Part shown: piece by piece, positions 27,113 through 45,430 of the stretch
Numbering within the stretch: position 1 is the stretch's first letter
Layout: every line of letters begins with the position of its first letter
Assembly (NCBI RefSeq): GCF_008831285.2
Contig: NC_045138.2
Location: 26,598,001-26,662,000 of the forward strand
Reading direction: 5' to 3'
DNA from: Nymphaea colorata
Taxonomy: Eukaryota
Length of the DNA stretch: 64,000 nucleotides
The notes under the pieces: generated by a model
The model's database searches: none
Seen by the model: only the letters and a program-made list of their open reading frames with translations
Told to the model about the DNA's origin: nothing
Program-made: the position numbers and the translations under genes

Positions 27113-27956
27113 ATTTTTAGCTGTGATCTCGGCGTACAAAAGAATGGGAAAAGAAAGGTAAACTTTTTGACCTTCCAACCGAAAAAAAGCTCAAAACTTC
27201 GACCATGACACATGTCGTTTTAAATATAATATGATAAGGTCATACGGTATATTCCACCTCAACTCCACTTGCGTATTAAAATGAAAAAAGCTTCCAACAA
27301 GTTAAATGAACTATCACTCGGGGTAGAAAACGAGGATTGCATCATGGTTGAGTGAAAAAGCAAGAAAAAAGTTATTAATTAATACGAAATAAGTAAAATA
27401 CTGCATTTTATTTTTTTCTCAATCAACAACCAACATGATGATTCCTTGTAAGTCTTAACACCTAGGAGTCTCGTGTCAACCAATGCACGTTGAGTTCGGG
27501 CTGTCCAAACTCTGGTCTTCAACAAATCAACTTGTAGATGATATATGAAAGAAAAAGAACGAGAAAATATGATTTTATGTGGAATTGACTGTATTATATA
27601 GAGAAATGAGAAGGATGATCAGTTGACTTGTATGTCCAGTCATATATTTTCATACTTTCTTGAAAAAAAACAAACAAAAGTAATTGTACTTTTCATGATC
27701 GAAACTATAAAAATCAACATAGAAATCATATTTTTTTCTACAATATACTGAGTTTTATAAGCTAAAAAAATCTGACTGTTAATTATTGAACTCGTATGAA
27801 ATCTTGGTTATAAACCTAAAAAAATGTGATCTTTATATGAATTTGCATGTAACGCAGCTGATTATAAAGATCACCTTTATATGGTCTATTTTACAAAAAA
27901 AAAAGAGAAAAATTATAAAAAATGTATGTGATTGGTCTCGCCAGTACAAATGGTTC

Positions 27957-27960
<4 letters not shown>

Positions 27961-28040
<80 letters not shown>
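27961..28040. repeat. Compound microsatellite (AT)n(AG)n downstream of CKX
   Basis: Read directly from the sequence. Confidence 0.95.
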
Positions 28041-28042
<2 letters not shown>

Positions 28043-28236
28043 AATCAAATGGAAAGATGCATTAAAGCAAAATTAGGTGACAACTGACAAACTGCCATTA
28101 ATTAACATAATTTGACAAAAAGAAAACGACAAAGAAGAAGCAGAAAACATAAAAAAAGAGAGAAGAGAGAGAAGACTTTGCTGTAAAATGATATTAATGT
28201 TCCGCAATATCTTTACAGCAGAAGAGGGAGAAAGAG

Positions 28237-32521
<4,285 letters not shown>

Positions 32522-32567
32522 AGTTCAAGCACTTGTTTCTGCTGTACAAACTGGTGCACTTGTGATG

Positions 32568-32576
32568 TTTATATAG
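32568..32576 (-). promoter_or_regulatory. Probable TATA box of CKX
   Basis: CTATATAAA on the minus strand, ~47 nt upstream of the CKX ATG at 32521. Confidence 0.55.
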
Positions 32577-35500
32577 ACATGAAAAAACTGGATAGGGACG
32601 ACATGCTCTCTGATGGGAGATGGCCTAACATTACTTGTCATCTTCCTTTATTTTCTAGAGAGAGAGAGAGAGAGGAGATTTATGAAAAGTTCTGAATGAG
32701 AGGCTCCAAGTGGCACCAACAGGTCAGTTTTCTTGCACTTTTTCTTTGAGATTTATGAAAGGATACTATCCCATTTTTGGAATCTGAGATTTTTGAGTTC
32801 TAGTTCCTAACCTTTTGTAACTACAGAAGCGACTCTCTTTTCAAAATTTTCGTGAAACTTTGCAATCATTCAGGTTCCTGTAAGTTCTGCCCACTGAATA
32901 GAGCATCAGTACATGCAAGCTTTATCTGTTTAATCTAAATGAAGGGATTTGGCTCTTAAAATAAAATGACAATGGAAATGCAGTATATACGTGATTTCAG
33001 AAAGGATCAGGGTCCATGGAATCGAATGGAAACCGTGCAATTACATTGGAAACATCAAGTTTTAAAGTGTGTTTCTGTTGTTTTAAATTACATTCATGTG
33101 CTCCTACATGATTCAAGATCCCCATAAGATGAATTTGAGCATGAGTTTTGATGTTACTATCCTTGCAATTCACATCTGCACTGCTGAAATTTTGAAAAGT
33201 GACTTCAAAAGTTGATTTCTTAAATGTAATTGCATAAGAATGCGCAAGCACATCGCATTTTACCCCTTTTGGCAAGCCTGGAATCATTCATTGAAAAACC
33301 TGGCTTATAGGATGGAGACGAAAGTACTTCTGTCAACATGTTTTTACATTTTACGGCAGAGCTAGGAATCTTTCATTAGAAAGATCACTATAGTTTTACA
33401 AAATTTTTATGTCGGCTAAATGATTTTTTTTTCAAATTAGTTGTAATTTTTTTCTGTAGAGCATGTTCATGGTTCGCTTTTCTGGTATTGCATTAGTAAA
33501 TATAACTTAGTATTGACTTTACCTGGTGTCTTGATTTATTTCTGCGTTATGCAATTGCTTAAGTCATTTTATAATCTTTTAATGCACAAATGCCAAGTCC
33601 AATATCATTTTTCTTTAAAAGCAGTAGTTATCACTCGATTCAACTAGTGGACTTGAGTTGATGACAAGTCAAGATAAAACCGGTTTTAGGACATTGGTTG
33701 GGATAAATCAATCGAGTTGTATTGAGTAAATGCATTGAGGAGGAAGAGACTATGAAAAATAAGATTCATTGGTATGACCTTTTCCTTTTCCTTTTTTTTT
33801 TCATTTTAATGCTTACACGAGCATAGCAGTGGGCGCATAACAAAAAAGTCACTCCCTTTAATTGAATATCAAAGAGTTAAGGAGCCTTGTTTTGTTCCCA
33901 AAATCAAGTTTTTGAAGTTTGGTGCCGTCAAAAGTAAGTTTGAGAAAAATACAGTTTTCATAAAACCTTGTTTTGCAAAAAAGAAGTGAAAAAACTTACT
34001 AAAAGAACAAAATTTTAGGAGTGTGACCTAAACAAATAAATAAAGTTTTAAAACAACTTTTTAAAAAGTTTAGTTTTTATAAACCAAGTTGGTTATACAA
34101 GGGAATATCTTCTAATATTTTTTTTTTCTTTGAATAAGTAGTGTTTTCCACCGCCCCCAAAGATAGGTCATAGCCTCTATGTGTTCTTCACTCTTAGAGT
34201 TCACAGAATATGTTTTGTATCTTTTTGCAGTATAAGAGGGTGACACACTAAGTCACGACAAGTAGTACAAATCTCGCAACACAGATTCTCCTTTAAAGTG
34301 AATCGCCTTACCGCCCAATTACACTACACCCTGCGGCGACATCACCTTAAAGTGATTTGACCCGATGAACACACTAGAAGGGATATTCTATCAAAAGTGG
34401 CTTGTTTTTTTCAAAAATAACAATAACCACTCCAAGTTTTACGATTTTCAGATGTACTGCTAATATTTGAAATTGTGTCAAATTGCTACTCCACTCCGAG
34501 CGGCAACTGAAAGTCAATTTGTCAAGAACTTTCTGATTTGAAGTTGCAGTCACATGCCAAGGTCCAACTGTCCAAGACCTAACCATTCTACCAGATCACA
34601 CTCATAAATGAATTTGACGTCCCCACGGTTGACCTCTCTCATCCATGGCTCCGAGTTCAACTGGTGTCACTCGAGAAGCTCCTCCTCCTTAAGGTAAACC
34701 CTCTATATCACCGTAATGGACGGCGAAGATCTTAGATTCACTTGAGAATGTGATTTGACAGACGATATGATAAATGACAGAAAGGTTAACCGAAAAGGAG
34801 GCTCATTGCCAGTACATTCAACAAACAAGGTAACTTCTAAGTGGGTCTACATTTTGTTGCAAGTTTAATGGTTACAAAATCTACATATATGTGACAAATT
34901 AAATCCCACTGGCTTCAATATCAAATCTAAGAATGCCAACAGATTATATAAAAATCTGATATACCTTTTACCGTATTCAAGTATCTACACATTTAGACTT
35001 GAATTTGGATTCGAATATGAACGAGGAAATGTCTATATTATATCTGAATATAACTTTTAAATTCAATAATTGAGTTACATGATTTTAAAGAAATGACTAT
35101 GGAAATGTATGAATACCATATGCATGATGTTTATTTGAGAATGAATTCAGAACTTGAAGCTAATTCTGTTAGGATATATATTAAAACATACAAACGCCAT
35201 TTCTTATATATGAATCAGATTTGATTTCTTAATTTTTTTTTATGTCCGACTTTTTTTTTTGAAGTGGTTCAATCAAATATCTCATTCAAATCCGATCTAT
35301 TGACATTTATCATGGGAATCATATACCCAACTTTTGCATAAAATCTAAGTAGTTGTATGAGAAACTGAAGAGCTAGGAAATTTGAACGGAAACGGCTTCG
35401 GGTCCGAGGATGGCAGAATCCAGAGGCACCCAAGGCTTAATAGAAACAGATCCGATTCAGTTGCACCGAGTCCACCTTCTCTAAGGGCAATTATGTCATT

Positions 35501-35630
35501 TCACTAGAGAGAGAGCGCTCTCTCTCAGAGAGAGCGGGAGGGAGGGAAACGCCCTTTCCCTTTCTGCTTCCCTCTCGCACGCAACCACGTTGTACAAAGG
35601 AAAATGTCCTCCCGCTAGATCTTCTCTCTC

Positions 35631-35662
35631 CTATATATCTTCCTCTCTTCTCCTTAGGGTTT
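35631..35662 (+). promoter_or_regulatory. TATA-like box plus telo-box (TTAGGGTTT) near the NAP1 start
   Basis: ctatatat at 35631 and ttagggttt at 35654-35662, ~60 nt upstream of the ATG. Telo-boxes are typical of plant genes expressed in proliferating cells. Confidence 0.55.
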
Positions 35663-35720
35663 TGTCTCGGACACCCCCTCTCCCCTCTACGTTTTCGTCG
35701 GGAAAGAGGAGAAGGAGAGG

Positions 35721-38700
35721 ATGACCAACAAGAACGGCGGATCTGAAGACAGCGCCGCCCCTTTCACTATGGCTGATCTTGGCGCCGCCGGTCAGCGGCC
35801 CCCATTTCTGTATCTCTCTCTTTCTCTCTTTTCATGTGCGGAGTCCTAATTGCGTTCTTGGTTTCCCGTTGTAGCTCTGAGCGCGGAGGATCGGAACAAG
35901 CTTGTGAGCACTCTCAAGGTGAGTTTTCGCAGGCCGAGGAGTCCCTTAAGGTCTAGTTGTTAATTCATGTACAGTGTTTGTTTGATTATCGTGCGTTGTT
36001 TTCCTGATCCGTATGGGGAAAATGGTGCAGAACAAGCTTCAAAACCTTGCCGGGCAGCATTCCGACTTGCTTGAGTCGCTGTCGCCGGTGGTCCGGAAGC
36101 GTGTCACGGTCCTGCAGGAGGTTCAGGTTCGGATGCCTTCACCTCGATTTCTTCTCTTTCTCCCTTCATCTTTTTTTTTTTCTTTTTTTTTCTTTTGACG
36201 TGTTTTTGGTTTTAGGGCTTTATGTTGTTGGTCTTCGGTTGTTATGTCTTTTGTTTTCATTTATTTATTTCTCTTTTCGATTTGTATGAATATGGTTTTT
36301 TGTGATCTTGTGATCGTGAACATGTGCTTTTCCGGCTCCTGAAACGTTTCTTTGATTGAAATTTTCACTTCGATTTGCTTGTAAATTGAAAAATTGTGTC
36401 CTTTGAATACCATTCTCATTGGCTGAAATGTATTGGTTTTTCGACCCAGTTGTCCAGGGTCGTTACTTGTTGATTTAGCGATTGGTATACGACGTTTCTT
36501 CCCCTGTAGTTCACTTTGTGTGATGTTATCTCTTTCTGCCCGATATACTGAAGGGACAAACGGAATACTCTAAATTCTTAGGTGCCATATTGTCCTTTTA
36601 GCAGAACTAATCCGGCGTGGATCAAGTGTGAATCCTAACAGCCTCTAATTTTGTGTCTCCATTGTGAATCGTGGTGTTTGGGACCCTCTTTGGAGTGCTG
36701 GCTTTAGTTTTGCTTCTTTTAATTGCTTTGCACGGAGTTTCTGAACTTGTGGTTAATTCTTCTATGGCATTTGTGTACCATTGAGGAGGCAACTGAAATT
36801 CATTAGCAGTTCTCGTTTGAACTATGATTGATCCAACTACATGAATCAATTGCCTATCGGCTATCTGCATAATTGTTGATAAAAGGGCAAAAAAATTGTT
36901 GGCTCCCAGGACAGTGCTGATGGGCTTGCAATTATTTGCAAAGCAATTTCTTCAGCATCTTGGATGCTGTGATTGTTATACACTTTAAGCCAAACTGCAG
37001 CAAATTTGGACCTATACTAACTAGAATCTTTGTGGCTTGTTTTTGTATAACACGAATTTTGTTCCCAAAGAGGAAGCTGTGAGGTGGTGGTTTAGAGGTA
37101 GAAGAGACAAAAAGATGAAGTGTACAACTTTGAGATAGAATATAACGGAAACAAGTTTGCCTGCACTATGTAGAATTTGTACAACATCCCTTCAAAAACT
37201 TTGGAAAACTGATGAAGTTTTGCCTGTAATATGAACTCAGGCGTCACCTATACTCTATCTTATTAGCAAAGCTAATGGTGTCTTGAATTTGAGTTTAGAG
37301 ATATATCACATGGGTGCTCCTAAATGGTTGCTGCACACGTCTCAATGCTGGTGCTTTCCTGACACAACCCGTCTGGTGCAGCCAGCTGAATCGGGCCAAA
37401 ATTACCATTTTAAAATTTAAATGCACATTGACTAAACTAGCTCTAATACAGAAAGTTTATTTGTAAATATAGATAAATAAGGCACTAAACAGTTCATAAC
37501 TATATAACACATGATATATACATATATACACACATACACAAATATATATATATATATCCATCCTCGCATACCTGCATCTATTTTTTTTTTTTTTTTGAAA
37601 TTGCTGCATCTGCACCAACATCTACACCCTGCACCCATGTGACAGGTTTAGAGAATGAAAATTTGAGGTTCTGATGGAAATGGTGTAGGTGAGTTCTTGA
37701 GGGCTTGGATTTACAAAAAAGCAAAAATATAATTTTTCTAGGGGTTTGGGCACACAAAAGCATAGTTGTTTAGGTAGTTTTGCCCCCTTAAATGCATTAG
37801 AGTAGAAGCAAAGAAGAAGTATATGGAAATATTGCAACAAGGGGCACAGAAATGGTGCCTTGGGGCTTGAAAGAGAGCTTGGACTGCCACTTACTTATTT
37901 TTCCAGTACCTGAGGAGTATCTACACCAATATCACTGACTACAGTAGGGTCGTATAATACAGAGACATCCTAATAAATACCAGTTTAGGGATACAAAGTG
38001 CATTGTTTCATATTCTGATATTGCAATACAATGTATTCCGTACTGATGGTACATTAAGATTTTTGGGATATTTGTTTACATTCCTGATGTTATATTTCAT
38101 TGACTTTCAGCTTTAAAGGATTCTGTTCATCTCTCTGATACATGCCTGGGCCAGCACACAGCCCATGCTGTTCTTAGTTCATTTCAGTATGACTTTATCT
38201 AATATTATTATTGTTTTAAAAATGGTCACAGAAAATGCATATTTAGGACAATATGTTCTAAAGAAAATTGCACGAATGCATGCTCAGTTGGTATCTGAGG
38301 AAATTGCATGAGAGAACATTGCAGATGGCTCAGTTTGTAAAATGGAGAATGCATTCACTGCTGACAAGAAGCAAGGGTCATGTACCAATTCAAGCATTCT
38401 AGTTTTGAGTATTCAATCTGAAAGGTTTTTATATAAAGCCTCTAATTTTAACTATGCAGTTTGAAATATTTTTCTATAAAGCTTTTATAATTAAACAATT
38501 TTCTGGGGGATGTCAATGCAAATGTTGTTTTAACGCTGCCTGTTCTCTTTTTAGTCATGCTCCTAAATTTGTTATGCAATTTGTTAGCTGATCATAGAAC
38601 CTCTTCAATTAACAGTCTCAACATGATGAGCTAGAAGCAAAATTTTTTGAGGAAAGAGCAGCACTTGAAGCCAAATATCAGAAGCTTTATGAGCCTCTCT

Positions 38701-40333
38701 ATGCAAAGGTAAGCATACATTTTGTTGCCATTTTTATTTGGTTCATGTATATGGCCTTTGCTGTTTCTTGTATTGACTTCCATTTATGAGTTTAACAGCG
38801 CTATGACATTGTAAATGGTGTTGTCGAAGTTGAAAGTGCAAAGAGTGAGTCTCCTGAGGAAAATGCTGCAGATGATAAAACTTCAACTGGTATGTTGATC
38901 ATTTATTGTCCTTACTTTTATGAGGTTTTTACTTTTTAAGTTGAATCAACATTCTTCTGATATTGTAGAGAAAGGAGTTCCAGAGTTCTGGCTTACAGCA
39001 ATGAGAAATAACGAAGTCCTTGCTGATGAGGTGAAATAATCTCTCTAACACACCCTGTCTATTGGATTGCATGTCATGCTCTTACTGTTCATCTTTTTAT
39101 CTGGCTTCTGGTTTGTGATTTTAGATTACTGAGCATGATGAAGGGGCTCTCAAGTACCTTAAGGATATTAAATGGTCTAGAATTGATGATCCAAAGGGTT
39201 TCAAGCTAGACTTCTTTTTTGATACTAACCCTTACTTCAAGAACTCTGTTCTGACGAAGACTTATCATATGATAGATGATGATGAACCCATATTGGAAAA
39301 AGCAATCGGGTAATTTTCTGAAACGAACTTGGCACATCTTTTATGCTTGATCTGTGGATTCCTCCGTATAATCTATTGTTTGTTTGACTTGTAGGACAAA
39401 GATTGAATGGTATCCTGGGAAGACACTTACACAGAAGATTCTGAAGAAGAAACCAAAGAAAGGATCAAAGAATGCCAAACCCATTACCAAAACTGAAGAT
39501 TGTGAGAGCTTCTTTAACTTTTTTAGTCCACCCGAGGTCCCTGAGGATGATGATGACATTGATGAAGACACTGTAAGTCTATGGATCATTAATGTATCAG
39601 TTTCTCTCCTTTCTTTTAGCCATCTAAACTGCTTCATCTTTATTTTTACAGGCTGAGAGACTGCAGAATTTGATGGAACAGGATTATGATATTGGGTATG
39701 TCATATCGACCTTGATCTCTTAAACTTTTTCCCTTGGTAAGACTTTCAGTTTATTCCCTCATCCATTTTGGATTATAGAAGTTGACTCAACTTTTGGGCT
39801 TACAGGTCTACAATCCGAGATAAAATCATTCCTCATGCTGTATCATGGTATACGGGAGAGGCTATCGAGGCAGATGATTTTGAAGATATTGAAGGAGATG
39901 AAGATGAGGATGATGATGAGGAAGATGAAGACGAGGAAGATGAAGATGATGAGGATGAGGATGAGGATGAGGATGATGAAGAGGAAAGCAAGAGCAAAAA
40001 GAAGGTAATCTAACGATACTCAAGCACTCCTTCCCCTCACCGAGGACACACCAACACGTGCCACATGCATACACTCCTCTTGCTCTTCAAAAACTTAGTT
40101 ATTTGCTGACTTGTTTATGCATTGTTTTACTGTTTGCAGCCAACAAGCGGTGGCCGCAAGGTACGATACTTGACATTCTCTCTTGCTATTCAATAATGCA
40201 CCTTTTTCGTGTCTTCCTATCCTGGCCATAGTGATTCTTACTCTATGCATGCATGGTACCACAGAAAGATGTTGCTGCCCGAGCAAGTGAAGGACAACAG
40301 GGAGAAAGGCCCCCAGAGTGCAAGCAACAGTAG
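35721..40333 (+). CDS. NAP1: Nucleosome assembly protein 1 (histone chaperone); exons 35721-35790, 35875-35918, 36031-36126, 38616-38708, 38799-38889, 38969-39030, 39125-39309, 39395-39572, 39652-39695, 39806-40004, 40140-40160, 40265-40333
   Basis: [94 protein letters not shown]-rich tail and [10 protein letters not shown] terminus. Twelve exons join in frame. Confidence 0.96.
37301..37645. mobile_element. hAT-type MITE in NAP1 intron 3 with a perfect 8-bp TSD
   Basis: TIRs tatcacatgggtgc / gcacccatgtgaca (13/14). The direct repeat gtttagag lies at 37293-37300 and 37646-37653. Confidence 0.85.
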
Positions 40334-43300
40334 CCACAGTTTGTTTCCGGAGACGGTGTGATCATAGCATTGAGATGAGCTGCTTTCGTGAGGATCGCCT
40401 GTGTCATTTCTTGCTGCATGAAACCAATGCGGAGAGGGTTGGAGTTTTGGCAAGTGTTCTTTTTTTTTCCTTTTACCCTTTTTAGACGCCCTCATGGAGA
40501 GGGCATACGTCAGGCGGTAGAGTGATCAGATGGAGTCCTTTTCCAAGCGGGAGCTGCGTTCGGGAAGAGTTTAGCGGCCTATTTTAGTGGTCATTATGTA
40601 TGAACTGTTTCAATTTTCGGCTTTTTGTGAATCCTTGTTTTCCTTTCACCTTTTCTTGCTGCGTTTGTTGTGAAGAGATCTTTGTTTGACGAATTAAAAA
40701 GGGCCTTTCAGCGGGTGATTTTCCCTTACTAGCAGTTAAAATAGTTAGTGCTTCTTAGGTTAAAAGAATATTCGTGAAAAGGTAAGAATGTTCGAGTCTG
40801 GATGGTCTAGTAACCATCTTTCTCTCTCTCTTTCATGGGTCCCTCTTTTTTTTCATGAATCCCTCTTTATTCAGCGTCTATTGAGAAGAGGGAAAACTAA
40901 GGTTATTTACGTTGTCCTGAAAACTGATTTCAACATTAATTGCTCATGGAAAATTTATTCGTTAGTTAAAATGCCATTATAGACAAGGATTCTTTTTATT
41001 TTGATTTGGTCCGAAGCTAGGCTTCGCCGTGTTCGACTCTCAGATTCGACCTAACCATGTTTGGTTGTACTCGTTTTCTGCAACCAGGCTGAGACCGCCA
41101 GCTGCTCGAGATCTTCGTAGCTAAAACAGGGTACATGGGTTGTATTTTTGGATATGGATAGGACTAGGATTCAAAACTCCATGTAACAAATGTGGATCTG
41201 GTTGGCCATCGAGATCCCTTCTTTCTACCACGCCTATCCAAATGGATCTGGGTCGTAGGGTAGGCACGACCTTTGGACGTCCCAATTCTAAGCCCATATT
41301 AGTGGCTGATAAGCTTTTTTTTTTTTTTTTTTTTTTGAGATATTTTTTATTGTTTATTTAGGGGAAACCACCTTCCACATAAAAAATTTTTCAGAACAAC
41401 TTTTAAGGTCATACCCTTATGCTTTCAAGGTTCTAACTTGTTTTGGAACTACCGTAAATCCTTGTTTTGGGGTATGGGTAGATCCATGTAAATCCTTTGA
41501 TTAGGATGTTTTTGCCATTGTTTGTGATACAAAGGGGTAGTATACATGATTCTAACCTTGGTTCCGTTGCGGTTTCACTAAACCCCTTGAGGTTTTTTTT
41601 CTTTGAGATATTTATTCAAATTGAAGAAACAATCGTAAAAACTGTTCATAAGTTTTCTTGTCTAAAGAGCAGACAGTTTTTGCTTTTCATATTGACAAGT
41701 ATAAGGAAGACTTTTAAAAATTAACTCAGGCAATTGATACTAGACCGCGACCAATATTCACACCACCACTGCTCCCATCAGTTACCTTTGTCCTCCTGTT
41801 GCCTTGGCGTTTCCATGATGTTGCCCTTAGAATGACTTAGTTGTGCGGTCCGACCATCATCATCTCTAAAACAATGTCCCTCATTCCTGGGGAGCCGATA
41901 GGAGACATAAACGGCTATAGGCCTGTGAGGCCAACGCTGACGAAAGAGAAAAGAACCGCTTCTCTTTTTCAGGTCATCTGTCTCCTTCCTTTTCACGTCC
42001 CTTCAGTTTGATTGAACCTTTTTCCTAATGAAGGTTGGACTGGAAATTTGAATGTGCTGACCCGCATGGTTACAAGCTCTACTTTAGTGGGTACCGGCGA
42101 ATGGGTTGTAAAGCACCACCATATGCAAAGAAGTCATAGAAGTGGGTCCATTCATGGCACCATTCTCAGTATCCTCCATGGGTGAATTTCTCCAGAATCA
42201 GAAAGGAAGCAGGAAAATTTTCATGGCCACTGGCACCATCAAAGCTGTCCCACACTCCACTGTAAGCATGATGGTTCCCCATTCTTGCAGTGTACTGTAG
42301 GCTCAGCCCCAAAAAATTGGCAGTTTCCCTTCTCCACCATCCTTACCAGCTAGACTGCAGAGCAGAACATCCTTCTTTCTCGTCATTCCTTTGACTTACT
42401 TTACCTTCATTTCAAATTGGTGGCACGAAAAGTTGGTACAATATCATCTGCATTTTTGGCTCAAGAGGGTGCTGATCCACATCATCCATTTCTTGGTCTT
42501 TATGCCCGTCCTGACATGAATAATTTGGAAGAATTGGCTTCTGATTTCAGCAAGATGCGCAGCTTGTGAAGAATGTTGTTTTGTAGTTTCTTTCTGGCTT
42601 TTCTTGTTTTGATGACAAGGAAAACCATTGAGCCTCATGGCCATGTGCGAAACTTGCTGACATATTATATGGGGTAGATTCGGCATGAACAGATTTAATT
42701 GTCCTACACCTACAATGTAAATGCACATTCCTAATGATCAAACATCCCTTTCACATGGCGAAGACGGAAAAGATACACGTAACGGAAGTTTTTAATGAAA
42801 AGAGAAAAGGGATCGTGATGGAGAGGTGGAAAAAAGCCATCCTCTTATGTATATGTAAGGTGTTTTCGCAAATGAAGGAGCGTTCTTCCCTAGGATTGCT
42901 GCAAAATGTGTTTTGAGCGTCTTTTGTAGGTTGTTTTAGCTAATTGTTGTTCTTGGGATAAATGAAATTGTTGAGTATTCTATGGAGGCGAGCGTCTCAA
43001 AGGTTCTGTCACGAGACATGGCGCAAATTGGTCATCTTGTTGGTAAAAGGCATGAAAAGCCATGCGTTTCTTGAGTTAATTTGTCCGCCACATCCAGAAA
43101 CAACTCGGTTGGTTTCCTATTAACTGAAAGAGACAGGGCTTCATTTCATCCCCCTTGCATAAAATCTTTTTCACTAGACTAAGCCGATGCTAAAACTTCC
43201 TTGCTTAGGAGAAAGTGCTATTATATTAATGGCAGTTTTAAGTATCTTTTGAAAAGAGATAGTTAATCATTTACTGCTGACTGTTGGCGGTAGCTGCATC

Positions 43301-44819
43301 AATGATGGCAATCACACGTGAGAACATCATTGGCAAATTGTTGCCCTTTTTCCAATCACAAGAAGTCAGAACTCCTTTGGATTATAGGTTGCAAGCTCTA
43401 CAGAAGCACAATTAGAAGTTTCCATCCAACCACTTCCATGGCCCTCACGTGCTTCGCTTCCGTAGCCTCTTACCTTTCCGGAAGGAACTTCACATAAAAA
43501 ACAACTCACATGTTGCAGGCCTGGAACCAATTTTGTGATTGCACATTAAATATATGACCATAGCCTCCAGGAGGCAGTTGGCCACTGCCATGGCTACTGG
43601 CGGCAGCGGCTATTATTCCTGCTGCCACCATCACTTTTACCACTATTTCTAGCTGTGTTTCATGTTCGGGACGAAGATTAGGTACCATTGAGCTCAACTT
43701 AATTCAATCCGAACTAATCATATTTAGAGCGGGATCTGATGGATTAAAAAGTGAAATTAGAAGCAGCCACAAGTTAAATTCCAGAACGCAAATCAAGGGT
43801 ACGCATATGGTCATTGGTCAGCCAATGTTGCAAAATGATTTTTTGGGTGGGGGTGTGTGCGGAGAAGAGGGGTTCTATCATCTGGTTCTATGAGAAAAGA
43901 TCTTTGCTTTAGCTTTTCTTTTTCCCTTTCTAGATCTCTTTTCCGTGAGAACCAGCTCCTGCTTACCTAGTCTTTTTTCTCTACTGGTTTTTTGATGAAT
44001 GACGAGAAAGTGTATGCTGTGGCAGCACTTTTTGTTTCACTTTTGGATGCACCTGGCTAACCACTGTTCCCTTGTTTGTTCTTCCCGGCAATGCTTTTAA
44101 GGTTCATGCAGCCCGAAAATATTTGATCTTCTCCTTCGCTATTGGAAAAAATCCACGGAAGCTGGCTTCACGTTAGCCATGGTTACCAGCCAAAACACGT
44201 CTCTTTTTTTAGGGAAGGACCACCACCGGATGAATGTCACGTGGACCATTCTGATTAATCTGCAAAAAATTGTGGAAGATCTCGAATTACAGGTTTATCA
44301 CGGTGTGAAACTGAAAAGAACTACTAACCCGTGGCCATTCAATGTAGAGGAAACAAGCGAGGGAGTTGGTGAGGCGTAAATGGCGGGGACAGGGCGAGGG
44401 GGTTATCATGAATAAGGCAAGTGCAGTAAAGAGTAGATGGCAGCACAGAGTGAGTTGGTTTCACAAAAAAAGTGAAGCCGAGTAAAGAGAAGGGTTCTCT
44501 AAACAAAACCCATTCATAGAAACCAACTCTGTTGTTTTTTCCGCCTCAAACATCTACTGCTAGATTAGTCATATCTCGTTAGGTGGGCTACAACTAACGT
44601 GGCTCTATGAAGATTGATAAGTTGGAGTACCATATATTGCTCAAAGTGGCTGTGCCACCATCTATGTTGTTTTGGGTGAACAAGGAGTATATTGTTTCAA
44701 ACCTCCATCTGTGTGTTCTTTTTCTCCACCCTGACTTGCAAATTGCAATTTAACAAGACGTTCCCCCCGCACGACAGGAACAAATAAATCTCATGTTGGA
44801 CTCTGTCCCTCCAGGAATT

Positions 44820-44935
<116 letters not shown>

Positions 44936-45430
44936 TGATGGATTCAACTCAATAACTGTAGATTGCTAGAACTTAAACCTCCCAATCTCACAAACATGTT
45001 AACTACAAACAGGAAACTTGGAACAGAACACGAGAAAATTAATGGTACAAACTTTTACTATTATAACTTTCATACACTGATATTTTTACACTTGGAGAAA
45101 CTGTGATTACATATGCAACTCTCCTGCACACTGAATTCTTAATTTTTGCACTACAAGCTTGTTGTATCCAATAACTAAAGCACATACAGCAAGATGCTAC
45201 TGATCGAACCATTTGCAATTTTTTGCTAAATGGTCTGCCGCTGTTATTGCAAAATGTCCAATCTACTGAAATAATGGCCTGATTTTGGGTATCTATACAG
45301 GTGACAACAACCATTACTATTGGGTTCGTGTATCAGCTAAATATGACTGAACCCATTTACTCCTGTGTCTATACTCCATACTACTGCTGATGCTTATACT
45401 CCATATTTGTGATTGTATTTCAGCACACTT

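Noticed and set aside
39862..40074. His/Pro-rich minus-strand ORF
   Set aside because: Antisense reading of the GAT/GAG-rich acidic tail of NAP1.
43506..43697. Small secreted peptide (CEP/CLE/PIP-like) ORF
   Set aside because: No N-terminal signal peptide, a non-ATG start and no family motif.
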